Assembly (NCBI GenBank): GCA_964019335.1
Contig: OZ025740.1
Location: 186,001-250,000, forward strand
Origin: Diplonema japonicum
Lineage: Eukaryota; Protista; Euglenozoa: Diplonemea
Direction of reading: 5' to 3'
DNA: 64,000 bases
Positions within the stretch are counted from its first letter, which is position 1, and each line of letters opens with the position of its first letter. Positions 23,214-35,349 of the stretch are shown in pieces. The notes beneath the pieces were generated by a model. That model saw nothing but the letters and a program-made list of their open reading frames with translations. It ran no database searches and was not told the origin of the DNA. The translations under genes were made by a program, and so were the position numbers.

Positions 23214-23622
23214 GGGCTACGTTGTTGGCGTACGTGAACGCAGCAGAATCTGAAAAAGTCTCCATCAAACTGGCAAGTCAAAGGGCTTACGTTGGACAAG
23301 AAAGGGCGAATGGGAGTGGGGAAACAAAAAATGGATGGAAAAGAAATTTTACTACACCCGAGTCAAGTCTCAATCAGGCGTTCTCTTTGTCATTGGGATC
23401 GGGGGCACCTTGCTGGCTATCGTTAGTTCTGCCGCACGCCTACACCGCAGGCCTGACCCAAAAGCCTCATGCCAATATTCCCTTGCGATCCCACCACTGC
23501 TCGAGGCTCTTTTCCTGAAGACTTTCAAACATGAACGCACAGAACGCGTAAGCAGCAAATCTAAATAAAAGTGCGCACGGCGTACGTTCGAAATACGTAC
23601 GGCCGTACCCACAACGTAGCCC
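23214..23622. mobile_element. MITE in a poly-G tract
   Basis: TIR GGGCTACGTTGT / ACAACGTAGCCC with imperfect extension; G-runs on both sides. Confidence 0.7.
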
Positions 23623-23726
23623 GGGGGGGGGGGGGGGGGGGGGAGACAAGGAGAAAAAAAAAAAACTCAAAGTGCAAAAAAAAAAAAAAAAAAGCCAACT
23701 CAACAAGTGTCACAGAAACACATAAG

Positions 23727-24629
23727 TCACACACTAGGCACACTAGAAGACCTAACAACCACTGCCGTCCTAGAAGCCTTGCCACCAACAGATCTCGACC
23801 TCCTGTGTTTCTGAGCCCTGCTCGCCGGCTGCTGCTGCTTGATCTTCTTCCTCGCCTTGAACGGCCCCGAGTAAGCCCCAATGGACGCGGTCTTAAGGTA
23901 TTCAGGATACGCTGCAAAGTCTAGAGTTTGAAGCCTCTCCATAGCCGTGAGCTTCTTCACGTTCAGGTGGATGTTCGGACAGTTTGAAGCAAGGGAACAC
24001 CCTGCTTTTGATGTGTATTTCGTGCATTTTGAAAAGGATCCGGGTGCAAGCCTCCATTGTGACTGGCAATACCTGCAGCGGAGTAAGCACCAGTTTCGTT
24101 TGACGCGAACGGAATCCCATGAGTTGTGGTGGCAGGGCCGCTCGTACGAGGCAGGGCTGGTGGGAACGTTCACACTGTCGGCAGGGCAGACAAAGTACAA
24201 ACGGAGCTTTCCTGTCTCATTGTACGCCCAGGTGACTTCCCTGCGCCGTGGGGGGAGGGTTGTACCGTCGTTTAGAAGCAGTTTGAGTTCCAACAGCATT
24301 GTGTTTGAATTCTCTTCAGGGTTGGCATCGTGTCTTAGGAGAGCGAACTCGGTGGTGACGCCTTCCCCTCCCCATGAGACGGCCAGTACATTATTGTAAT
24401 GTTGTAGCCAGCCCTCCTTCCCTTGGACCCTCTCGTTCACGATTAGCCGTTTGCTTTCCCACACCGCCTTGGGAGCGACATAGGAGTCGTAGAAGTCTGC
24501 TACGGTACCTTCTTGCATGGCGTCCATGAAGGCTGTCCACGTGGTCATCGTCCTCTTTATTATTTCATCCTCAGTCTTCACAGCGAACTCCTCCGCAGTG
24601 CATTTCTTTGATGCCACATCGACGCACAT
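23727..24629 (-). CDS. SnoaL/NTF2-like plus Cys/His zinc motif plus CCCH zinc-finger protein (paralog A)
   Basis: N-terminal alpha/beta SnoaL-like pattern, then CHHNSWDSVRVK..LRCRYC and C-x8-C-x5-C-x3-H. Likely start is the ATG at 24629. Confidence 0.75.
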   Translation of the reverse strand: MCVDVASKKCTAEEFAVKTEDEIIKRTMTTWTAFMDAMQEGTVADFYDSYVAPKAVWESKRLIVNERVQGKEGWLQHYNNVLAVSWGGEGVTTEFALLRHDANPEENSNTMLLELKLLLNDGTTLPPRRREVTWAYNETGKLRLYFVCPADSVNVPTSPASYERPCHHNSWDSVRVKRNWCLLRCRYCQSQWRLAPGSFSKCTKYTSKAGCSLASNCPNIHLNVKKLTAMERLQTLDFAAYPEYLKTASIGAYSGPFKARKKIKQQQPASRAQKHRRSRSVGGKASRTAVVVRSSSVPSV

Positions 24630-24696
24630 TTTTTTTTTTTTTTTTTTTGTGTTAGTTACTGGATTGACATGTTTTTTTTTTTTTTTTTTTTTTAAA

Positions 24697-25739
24697 CCCA
24701 TAACACTCCGGGGCCTATCTACATAGGGGTCCCTTTTTTGCTCCTTTTTCATAATTTGAGGGGGAAAATGGCATTCAACCCCCGTTTGCAGGTAAAACGG
24801 GTTTTTTGGACCAGGAAAATTTAAAAAAAAGTTGTCTCGATTTTAGTGGTGCCATGCAGTATGTGACACAGCGGCTACCCTTGTGAAACTTCGCCCCGAA
24901 GCCTCCCAAGTCCCCTGTGGTCCCGTAGAAAGTAAAAGTGGAGAGGTAAACAAAGCTTGGAAATTGAAATAGGGAGAGGGGCCACAGAAGCAATTAAACA
25001 CCAACTGGAGAGTTGTGGGAGGCTTGCTTCACTGGCACGATGCCGCGGGGAGGCTACTTGCCTGACCTGGTGAGGCCACCTCCTTGTTCGATGTAATGGG
25101 ATAAGGGACTCTCCGTTGAGGGCGAAGCTAACTGGCGCCACGCGTAGGGTGGGCTCTCCACCCCCGTCCAGGTTTCCCCACGTGTACGGCTTTAGAACGA
25201 GAGTTTCCCTTTCGCTTGTGTTTCTCCAAAGCGAGAGCGGTGGAGTCCTGGGTCGAAATTTTATCAATCTCAGCGTCCTTTTGCTTGTTTGTCTCTTCTT
25301 GGATGACGTCTGTGAGCTTCTTATAAAAAAACCGAAGGAATAACCATTTTGCGTCGTCAGGTTTCTGCGTACCACGGGACAGCTTTTTTTCTCCCCACTG
25401 GCCTATTTTATGGTCTCTATGGGTACCAACTCCCTTACCCATGAAGGTTGGACCTCGTCCGTAGCTGTTTTGGCTTTACCTTTGCGTTTTTTGGGAACAA
25501 TTTGGACACAGTATGCACACCCGTTATTTTGCGTTTTTAGCCTATCTACTCGGATTTGGGACCCACTTGGTGGGTGGATAACAAAGTAAAGTGACGCAGC
25601 GCAGCATGAAATGCAGTTGAAAATAACTCCTCATTATAGTCGTTCTTGGAGATCCAGGGGGTCGAGTGGCCGAAAAAGTACTTTGAGAAAAAAACGATTT
25701 TTCAAAACGACAAATATTTGCGCCTTGGAGTGTTATGGG
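24697..25739. mobile_element. Non-autonomous piggyBac-type element
   Basis: 13-bp TIR CCCATAACACTCC / GGAGTGTTATGGG with TTAAA on the left and TTAA on the right. A related end occurs at about 42993. Confidence 0.75.
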
Positions 25740-25748
25740 TTAAAAAAT

Positions 25749-25779
<31 letters not shown>

Positions 25780-26026
25780 AGAGAAGCTAGATAAATATAA
25801 AAAAAAAAATAATAATAATAATAAAAAACAAAAGGTGCTGGCCGTTGTTTGAACGTGGTCGAAAACTGGAGAAGTTTATAAAACCCGCAAGCACAGCCAA
25901 GTGTGTCAGAGGAGGGGAATAGAGGGGGAGGGGAGGAATCTTAATCTTTTTGATTTTACCTTTTGTTTTTTTTTTTTGCTGTTGTTGTTGTTGTTGTTGT
26001 CGCACGAGCATAAAAAATAATTTTGG

Positions 26027-26057
<31 letters not shown>

Positions 26058-26512
26058 CAGCGAAGGTTTTTTGCTCGGCTTGAAGATAGTTACATATTTA
26101 TTTCTTTATTTTTTTTTTTTTTTTTTTTTTTTTTTCATAGCGTCCAGGGTTAGCCGATCACCCCCGCGGATTTTTTAATTACAATCGGGTTTTAAATTGA
26201 CGTCAATGAAAGGCGAGCATGCACAATGCTTCAGATACATAGAGCTGTGATCGAAAATTTAAGTTTAATTCATTATGATAGGAACGAAGTGGTTAGCAAC
26301 GGCCTGCCGCGGCGGCGTGCCTACCTTATGATGCTCCCCTTTTTGGGGTCGTTCCCTTTAAAATTGCTCGGGGTCAGTTTCAAAACCCGAAGGTGGTCGG
26401 TTAACCCTGGACCATCGTTCTTTTTTGAAAGATAAATATTTGTAACAAAAAAAAAAAAAAATGTCCCGCTGTATATATACTAGACAACCGTTCCTTTCAC
26501 GAGTGGAAAGAA

Positions 26513-26573
<61 letters not shown>

Positions 26574-26976
26574 GAGAGAGGGGGGGGGGGGGGGGGAAGG
26601 AAGGAAATCTGGCCCCAAAGATTAGAAAAAAGAACGGGGTGGGGGGGGGAATCTGTTTGTTTTTTTTTTCCTTTGTTTCAAATTCTTTTTTCAACTTGCG
26701 AAGGCAGCACCCACTATAATAGAATTAAGGTGGTTTTTTTTTTTCTTTTTTTTTTTCTTTTACGGTGAGCACCCACCTGCACACCGAAATTTATCAAATT
26801 TCTTTCTTTCCATGGACGTTAAAAGTGACTCGGCCTGTGTCCATAGTGGTTGACTTCCAAGGGGGCCCCCGAGGGGCCACACAGGAAATGTCCAAGGGCT
26901 CACTGAAATTCTTTTTCCAGAAAAAATTCCTTATGTCGGACATTGAGCCCCCGGCGCAAACAATTCCATTCCAGCC

Positions 26977-27008
<32 letters not shown>

Positions 27009-27777
27009 CAATTATTGGAATTTTCTCTAGCCTTAATGGATCCGGTGGCGATTCTGTATTACTCAATTCTACTCTGGCTTTTAGGGGGCCAGTATTCAAT
27101 TCATTTCTCTTCTTTTCTCTCTCTCTCTCTCTCTCTCTTCCCCCCCCCCCTATTTTTTTCTTGTTTATCAGTGATTTTTCAGTTTTTTATTTTATTTTAT
27201 TTTTCATTTTACCTTTTTTTTATTTTTCACTGCATTTTTATAATAATATGTAGGAGGGGCGGGCGGGGGGGGGGGGGGGGGGGGACAAGAAGGTTTTCTT
27301 TCAATCTAAATAGCGAAAAACAAAAAGAAAACATCGTGATGTAAAAAAAATGCCGGTGGGGGGGGCGCTTACAGGCACACCTCGGCCTAGCTGTAGCTTC
27401 TGCGTTCCGCGTCGTGTCCTTAATGCGTGAGGTGTACAGCTCGACCTCAGCGTGCAGTTTGCTGCCTGTTCGTCACCCTGAGCATCTGCTATACGTTCTA
27501 CATTCCTCTACTCGGGCGTAACGGTGATGAAACACATCTGATGTACTTCTTATATTTCCTTATGTTATCCCCACCACCCCTAAAAAAAAAGAGAAAAAAA
27601 AAAAAAAAAAAAAAAAGGGAGACATTTAAAAACTTGGAAGACCACACCTGGCGGGCACACTAGGCGGAGCGTCGCTGTGCAGTAAAAAAGAGGAACTAGT
27701 CATTGTTTGTGCAGGACAAAACCTGGAGAAGTTTGGAAACCCGAAAACACAAGTTGCCAAGACAAAGCTTCGTTCTT

Positions 27778-27816
<39 letters not shown>

Positions 27817-28019
27817 CAGGACAAGCCCTTTGATGGAAACATTGCTTCTTTTTTCCTTTGATTTTGGACAAAATAGAAAAAGAAGCTTAGTCTGAGCCCG
27901 GTATCTGAAATGTTGTTTGAAAAGAAAGATAGGTAGAAAAAAAAAAACCCGGTATAGGACATTTAAAAAAAAAAAAAAAATACTGTACTTTTTTTTTTCC
28001 CCCCCGGTATTTTTCTCCA

Positions 28020-28181
28020 CCGGGGGGGGGAATTGATTTTAAATTGAAAGATCTGTGTTCATTCCATACTAAACATTTAGTGATATTTTCGACCGCGGTG
28101 GCTGTTTGTCGCGATGAGATGGACTCAAAATCTTTCCATTCCATTTTTTTTTTTCTACAAAAACAGTTGGGCGTTTAAGGG
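28020..28181 (-). mobile_element. Heavily deleted copy of the cargo-bearing piggyBac element
   Basis: Ends TGGGCGTTTAAGGG-TTAA. Contains pieces matching 42590-42640 and the LINE-derived GCGGTGGCTGTTTGTCGCGATGAGATGGAC. Confidence 0.7.
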
Positions 28182-28296
28182 TTAAATACCGGATTCGACT
28201 TACTAAGTTATGTAAAAAGTCCCAAGGGCAAAAAGAAATAAAAAGAAAACAGGTACATACTACACCTTAATATATTGCCAAATCCGGTAGCTGCGA

Positions 28297-28344
<48 letters not shown>

Positions 28345-29349
28345 CGGCGCAAGTTAAAAAAGAATTTGATAAATCTCGGTGTCCCGGGTGGGAGCTCACC
28401 GTAAACAAAAGAGAAGAAGAAGAAAGAAAAAAAAAAGAAAAAAAGAAAATGGGGCTTTTGATTGCAACACTCAGCGGCGTTAACTGTGCAACGAAAGCCT
28501 GAACTATACAACAAAAACAAAAATAGAAAAAAATAAAATAATAAAAAAAGAAATTTAAAAAAATGTCGCAAAGAACAAAATACTTCGGTTTTTCTTTTTT
28601 GTTAATATAGTGTGTGAATCAACATTTCAAAAAAAAAAAAAGAAGAAGAAAAAAAAAAAAAAAAAAAAAACTAGTTTAGCGCTTCATTTGTTTTGTGCGC
28701 ACGAGCGGGATTTTGCTAGCTCATTACACTGCCATCAACTTGTTTCTAGTTTCGACATTATTGTAAAAACAAAAAAAAGAAAAAAAAAGAAAAGAAAAAA
28801 AAAAGTACATAGACCGAAGTCGTTGCGGGGTCGTTGTGGGTCACTATGAGTCATACTTGGCCTATAATTCGGCCATAAATTTCAAGGATTCTCGAAGAGA
28901 AGAAAATCCGCGGGCATGGCCATCATCTTGGTGTAGCTCTAGATTTTTATAGAATTTTCCTTAAGATGCCTCAGGCCTATGACTCATAAATGACTTTCGG
29001 TGTTTGTGCGCACGAGCGGGATTTTACCCAATAATATATGTTTTATGCTGCCATCAACTAGTTATTTCTTATTATTCTTTTTTTTTTTTTTAGTATTGTA
29101 ACTGTAATTTGTTATAAGGGAAAAATAAAACAAAAACAAAAACAACAAAAACAAAAACAAAAACAAAAATCACTTTGATAGGAAACGAAGTGGTTAGCAA
29201 TCCGTCGGCTGACGCCAACAAAAAAAGCAAAAAAAAAACAAAACAAAACAAAAAACCAAAAAAAAAAAAAAAAAAAAGAGAGGAGGAGGTTGTAGCTAAG
29301 AGAAAACAAAGGCGATGAGAATGAGAGGAAGAAAAAAAAAAAATAAAGA

Positions 29350-29588
29350 GGCAAAAGGAAATCCCTGATCTGGGACGCTATCTCCCTTCAGCGGCTTCGG
29401 TCTTTCCTTTTTGGGCTGAGCCCGCTCCCTCATGGCGCTCACCCGCTCCTTCTGCCACTGCTGTCTCAGTTTCTGGAGGTCCTTCTTCGTCTGTTCCGAG
29501 ACGTGCAGCGGTCTTCTGTCCCAGCCCAAGACCTTTCTCCCCCCTATGGTCCTCAGGCCGTGGTTCCGCCGTTGCTCCGCCGGCATGG
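29350..29588 (-). mobile_element. LINE 3' coding fragment (third family)
   Basis: PAEQRRNHGLRTIGGRKVLGWDRRPLHVSEQT aligns with PADEQKRVKSLIAIGGKAAIGFSRRPIFATQST and with RVHTLRHLGGPTAHGYDRRPLFSS. Confidence 0.65.
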
Positions 29589-29597
29589 AAAAAAAAA

Positions 29598-30732
29598 CTC
29601 AAAGTACAGGACAAGCCCCCCGCTAGAGGGCCGCCCTATGGGAGGGGGGGGTCTATCTGTTAATACTCCCCTTCTGGAGCATTGCTTTCATTCCGATTGT
29701 GGCTGTGAGCGTCTTGCGGAGTCGTGTGATGCGATCCCGCTTGTAGGCGGCCTTCAAATCCATCAGCTTGTCGTGCGTGGACTGGGTAGCAAAAATGGGC
29801 CTCCTGGAGAAGCCTATAGCTGCCTTTCCTCCTATGGCGATGAGGGATTTCACCCTTTTCTGCTCATCCGCTGGGAAGGGGCGTCGCTTCTTCCGTGCCC
29901 TGCACGCTGCGTTTATCTTTACGATTAGGGCCTTGATTCTGCGTGCCCTATCTTCCAGCAGGCCTCCTAATGATTTACCGGTCGTCCATTCGAAGTCAAT
30001 GGCTAGCTCCACCGCCGACACCTCCGAGGTGGTGTCCTTCTCCACCCAGCGCAGCTGTGACAACCATTGTAGCAGCGGGTTCAGGTACTGGGACAGGACC
30101 CCACCCACTCCCTCGAGCTCGCCTGCTATCGGAACGGGGCATCTCTTTCCTACTACATTTCGTTCCCACGGTAGCGGCTGTGTGTTGACGTCCTCCTTCT
30201 GCACGAGCTCCACGTCCCACTTCTCAACCACCACGGCCAAGTATCGTTGCAGTTTTTCCAGGTATGCAAAGGCATGTCCTCTCGGCAGTATTGCGTGTAG
30301 CTCAAGACACAGGGGCCATCCCGTCCTGTCGCGCAGCGGTTCCAAACCGTCCTGTGCCAGCTCGTCCCGTGCGCAGGCACACTCGTAAAGCTGATGGCGG
30401 AGTAAGGTTACCGTGTCCGGGTGTGGTGACTCACACAGGTCACACCTGAACCCTTGTGTGCGTGGTACTTCCGTCGTTGGGACGTGGTCTATGCTGTCCC
30501 CGTCTTCCTCGGTGCCATCTCCTTCTGGTGCCAGGGGGACGCTCCTTTGATTCGTACCTGCATGCGGGCTAAGGTAGGGGACCCCTCCGGCGATCACCCG
30601 TCTCAGGCAGTAGGACATGAGTGGGTCCTTGGCCGTCTTCCACAGTTGGTTGGTTTTGGGATCCGCTCCCGCCTCCATCCCCTTCACTGTGCTTCTTTCG
30701 TTCGCCAGTGACCTGCTCCGGGCTTTCCTCAC
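29598..30732 (-). mobile_element. 5'-truncated LINE, C-terminal zinc and tail domains, frame intact
   Basis: CDLC..H.LYEC zinc motif and WLSQLRW..ELAIDFEWTTG, homologous to the region downstream of the RT at 51300-52350. Confidence 0.75.
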
Positions 30733-31804
30733 CCAAAAAAGAATAAAAAAAAAAAAAGAAAATAAAAGAAAAGAAAAAGAAAAAGAAAAAAACGTTATTA
30801 TTATTTTTTTTTTTCTCTCTTTTGTTTTCTTATTTTTTTCTCACCTTAAGAGGAACCTGAAAACACGAGAGAGATCGTGATCATCTGGGGGGGGGGGGGG
30901 GGGGGGGTAGGGGGGGTCACATGGGGTGGTAAAGTGGGTTTTTTCAAATTCGGAAATGCAGAACACGGGAGCCGCTTAAACCATGTAAAACGCCCCTTTC
31001 TCGACCAAAAAATCGATTTCCGCCCGGTACTTTTCACTTTTGGGCAGCTACAAAGCATTATTTTGCATTTTTAAAACTGGTGACCACGGTTTGGTACCTG
31101 GCCTGTTGTCTCCCCTGTTTTCTGAAAATTTTAGAATTTGACCATGGTTTGTTCCACCCTTTGAACGCGGCTCTTTAGGACGCCGCTACCGTTTGAACGG
31201 CAGAGTACTGTCTTACATCGTCCGATTGTGAACTTTTCTGTGTTTTGCGCGGCATTTCTGATGAATATCTATCATTTTCCAGAGGTTAGGATGGTAAGTT
31301 TGTTTTTGCAAATATTTCAGGTACCAAACCGTGGTCACTGTTTTTCAAAAATACAGATAAAGCATTAACAAGTGCCCAATGAAATGCTCTAATCCGGCGA
31401 ATTTTGATTTTTTGGTAATTTGTGCATGAAGATACCGACACCAGACACGCTGCTGGCAAAGTGGCCCAGATTCGAGAAGGAGGCAAGGGCTCGAGAAGAG
31501 TGAAGCAAAGCATCGAAAAAACCCTGTTGCCGTTAAGCACAGACGCCACCAGTGCCAAACATTTCTGGGCTGGTCGGATACTCAGAGGAGGGTGATCACA
31601 CACGGGGGCGGACGTGAACGCACTGATCGCGTTAGTTCGGGAGGAGTATGAAGGTCGAGGGGGGTTATTTTTGACACATGCTCACCTGAAGTGCACACTA
31701 GCATGTGCGAGAATCGTGCGAGAGTGTGCAAGAATGCGAGTCGTTTTGCGAGAATTTCGGCTCAGATCTTTTTTGTGCGAGAATGCGACTCGCACCACTA
31801 TGCC

Positions 31805-31977
31805 TAGGGCTATGCTGGTAGGAACGTGGAAACGTTTCCGTTTCCGTTTCCATACTTTTCAAAATTCTTATGGAAACGGCTTCCTTCTTAAGGAAACATA
31901 AGGAAAACGTTTCCGTTTCCGTTTCCCTTTTTTTCAAAAAATGCATGGAAACGCGTTTCCATGCCAGCATAGCCCTG
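31805..31977 (+). mobile_element. hAT MITE, deletion derivative of 46391-48837
   Basis: TAGGGCTATGCTGG / CCAGCATAGCCCTG termini and GTTTCC subterminal repeats. Solo ends occur at about 21591 and 32132. Confidence 0.85.
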
Positions 31978-32224
31978 GGGGGGGGGGGGGGGGGGGGGGG
32001 GGCTAAATAAGCTTAAGAAACGCGTTTCCAAGATTTTTTTTTTTTAAAAAAATATGGAAACGGAAACCTTATAGTTAAAATCTCTGGGAACGAAAAAAGC
32101 GTTTCCTGGGGTTCTCTGCCAACATAGCCCTGGGGGAGGGGTTTGATCACTTTCTTTCTTTTTTTTTTTTTTTTTTTTTTTTTTCTCTACCAGCCATCGT
32201 TTTGTCACTGCTACCCCCTTTCTT

Positions 32225-32285
<61 letters not shown>

Positions 32286-33638
32286 ACCTTTGTTCGAAGT
32301 ACTAAAGGAGAGAGGCATAAAAAACAAGTCTTTTTTGAAAAAAAAATAGCTCTTGCATTGACAACAAAAAAGAAAATACCCCCCCCCCCCCAACAACAAA
32401 AAAAGAAAAAACACATACATAAGTATGCTAATAGAACGACTACATGAAAATTTCGTCCGGCAAGAAAAATGTCAACACAAATGACGGCAATACCCCCCTA
32501 TAAGTTTTTTTTTTCCTATAGTCTTTAAGTAGAAAAAGTTGTCCGACACCACTTTGTGTGCATATACTGTTTTTTGGAAATGTGTTTATTTTAATTTTTA
32601 TTTTAATTTTTTTTGGTTTTTTTGGCGTTCGGGGGAAATTATATAACCCAGGACACAAAAAAAAAAAAAAAAAAAAAGGTGTTGACCTTTCTGCTGGATG
32701 GATTCATATGTATATTTCTCGCAGGGGGGGGGTGGCATGGGATGAAATGTTGTAAAAGAGGAAAGAAAAAAAAAAAGAAACAAGAAAAAAAGGGGAACTG
32801 GGCCGTTCTTTGTACCCCGGGTAAAACCTGGAAGAAGGTTTGTCAACGCAGAAGAAGCTACTGCTAGGCCGAGGTGCGCCCCCTGTAATCAAGTAAATGG
32901 TGCTTGTGCAGGGTGCCCCCACCGGCTTCCTTTAAATCATCGAGTTTGTTTTTGTTTTGCAAGAAGAGTCTTTGGCTTATCTACAACAAGAAAAAAGGGG
33001 GGAAAACGTTTAGGCCTCAGGCTACGTGTTATTTCGGTTTGGTGGCCCATGGCGTAAATCTTTCCAATCCGCAAAAAATAGGGGGGGGGGGGAAATTAAT
33101 AACAAGAGAAAACAAAGTTGGCAGAACTAAATACCTGCGCACGAATACAGAGGAATCGAATTGTGGAGTGGTTGCCAATGCCTGCAGATAGAGGCAGCTT
33201 GTAATGGCGGGGACGTTCGTTGCATGAAGAGGGGATGGGAGCGGGGAATAAAAATGGATGGAAGAAACAAAAAACTGACCAAAAGAAAAATAGTCGATCT
33301 GATTGTTTGGGCAAAATCCGTTTCTACCTGTAGGGATAAAATGGACAAAAAGCTGCCTACTCTTTTCTTTATTTATTTTATTTTATTTTATTTTTTTTTT
33401 TTTGCAATAACAATTCTTTTTAAGATTTCAAGAAAAGAAAAAGAAAAGAAAAAAGAAGAAAAAAAAACGCGCAGATCTTCTTTTCTTTTTCTTTTTCATT
33501 TTTTTTTTTCTTTTTTTTCCAACCGATTTTTACAACAGTAATTTAAGTTTGCACACGACAACGAAACAAAAAAAGAAAGTTTGGGGGGGGAGGGGTTGAA
33601 AAAAAAAAAAAAAAATATGTGAGTCCGACGTGCTTTAT

Positions 33639-34511
33639 TCAACAGGACACGCTAGAGGACCTCCTCACCAACCTCAGCCTTGGCTGCCCAACGTTGCAGC
33701 TCTTAGACCGGTGGTGACGGCAGCACTGCTGTTTCTTCTTTGGCTCCTGCATCATCTTCCTCGCCTTGAACGGCCCCGAGTAAGCCCCAATGGACGCGGT
33801 CTTAAGGTATTCAGGATCGGATGCAAAGTCAAGAGTTTGTCGCCTCTCCATAGCCGTGAGCTTCTTCACGTTCAGGTGGATGTTCGGACAGTTTGAAGCA
33901 AGGGAACACCCATCTTTTGATGTGTATTTCGTGCATCTTGAAAAGGATCCGGGTGCAAGCCTCCATTGTGACTGGCAATACCTGCAGCGGAGTAAGCACC
34001 AGTTTCGTTTGACGCGAACGGAATCCCATGAGTTGTGGTGGCAGGGCCGCTCGTACGAGGCAGGGCGGGTGGGCACATGCATACTGTCGGCAGGGCAGAC
34101 AAAGTACAAACGGAGCTTTCCTGTCTCATTGTACGCCCAGGTGATCTCCCTGCGCCGTGGGGGGAGGGTTCTTCCGTCATTTAGAAGCAGTGTTAGATCC
34201 ACAGTCAGTGTGCTGGAGTTCTCCTGTAAATCAACACGGTGGGCTATTATGGAGAACTCGGCTCTCGTGCCCTCACCCCCCCATGAGAGGGCGAGAACAT
34301 TGTTGTAGTGCCGAATCCAACCCTCCTTCCCAGTCACCCTTTCGTTCACGATCAGCCTTCTGGTTTCCCACACCGCCTTTGGGGCAACATATTTATCATA
34401 GAATTCAGATATTGAGCCTGTGTGCATGGCGTCCAGGTACTTTGCCCACAAGTTAGTTGTTTTCTTCATCAGCCAGTGCCTTTGTTTCTTTGTTCTTGTG
34501 TGGGCGCACAT
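33639..34511 (-). CDS. SnoaL-like plus CCCH zinc-finger protein (paralog B)
   Basis: Core nearly identical to 23727-24629. Likely start is the ATG at 34511. Confidence 0.75.
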   Translation of the reverse strand: MCAHTRTKKQRHWLMKKTTNLWAKYLDAMHTGSISEFYDKYVAPKAVWETRRLIVNERVTGKEGWIRHYNNVLALSWGGEGTRAEFSIIAHRVDLQENSSTLTVDLTLLLNDGRTLPPRRREITWAYNETGKLRLYFVCPADSMHVPTRPASYERPCHHNSWDSVRVKRNWCLLRCRYCQSQWRLAPGSFSRCTKYTSKDGCSLASNCPNIHLNVKKLTAMERRQTLDFASDPEYLKTASIGAYSGPFKARKMMQEPKKKQQCCRHHRSKSCNVGQPRLRLVRRSSSVSC

Positions 34512-34620
34512 TTTGTTTTTAAAATCTGTGGTGGTAGGTGGATAGAATGGATGACATGTTGTAAATGAAAAAAACAAAACGAAGAAGATGTAAATTTCTT
34601 AGTAGTAAGGGAGAGAAGTG

Positions 34621-34983
34621 TCACGAGGGGTAGCCGGTGACCTCGTCGCTCTTTGTGATCGCGTGAACGTTGTAGGTATAATCTATTCCGTTGAAGGTGC
34701 AGTCCATTTCGTTGAAGGTCTTCTCACCCACTGTCACTGTCCTGTTGAGATAGCAGTTCATGCCCAGAACATTGCAGGTCTCCGCCACCGTCCCATACAG
34801 GCAGAACACATCCCCGCCCCTCGCCTCCGTGCACAGCATCGATGACAGTTCCACACACTCCCCGAGAACAGCCACGTACTTCTGAGAAGTTGTCCCCACT
34901 GTCCCGTGCCGTACTGCACTCGTCGACAGGCCCACAGCCATTGTATTAAGCCTTTCGTTGTGCTGAGCCGCTGCTTGGAGCAA
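34621..34983 (-). pseudogene. 3' fragment of an adenylate cyclase-like gene
   Basis: Matches the C-terminal 120 aa of the array members and is cut off by a hAT right end. Confidence 0.85.
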
Positions 34984-34985
34984 CG

Positions 34986-35180
34986 TGGCCCCCTTTGTCT
35001 CGTATATTTCTTCCGAGTGATTTGCCCCCCAAAAAATAAGTCTCTAAAACCCCCAAAATAAGGAAACGTTTCTGCCCCAAGGAAACGGCCCCAAAATAGG
35101 GAAACGTTTCCGTTTCCGTTTCCGTTTCCCTTTTTTTCAAAAAATGCATGGAAACGCGTTTCCATGCCAGCATAGCCCTA
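34986..35180 (+). mobile_element. Solo right end of hAT element
   Basis: Nearly identical to 48637-48837. Confidence 0.9.
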
Positions 35181-35349
35181 GGGGGGGGGGGGGGGGGGAC
35201 AAACAAAAAAATAATTCTTTATGACTATATGTCTTTGTTGTTCGCACGAGCAAAAAAGATTTTTAAAAAGCTGCGAAAGTTTTTTGCTCGGCACAAGTTG
35301 CATATAGTTATAAAATCATTTTTTGAAAGATAAATATTTGTAACAAAAA

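Noticed and set aside
4900-33600. Many short poly-K, poly-F, poly-G and poly-P ORFs in the track
   Set aside because: Translations of homopolymer and (GA)n spacers with no protein-like content.
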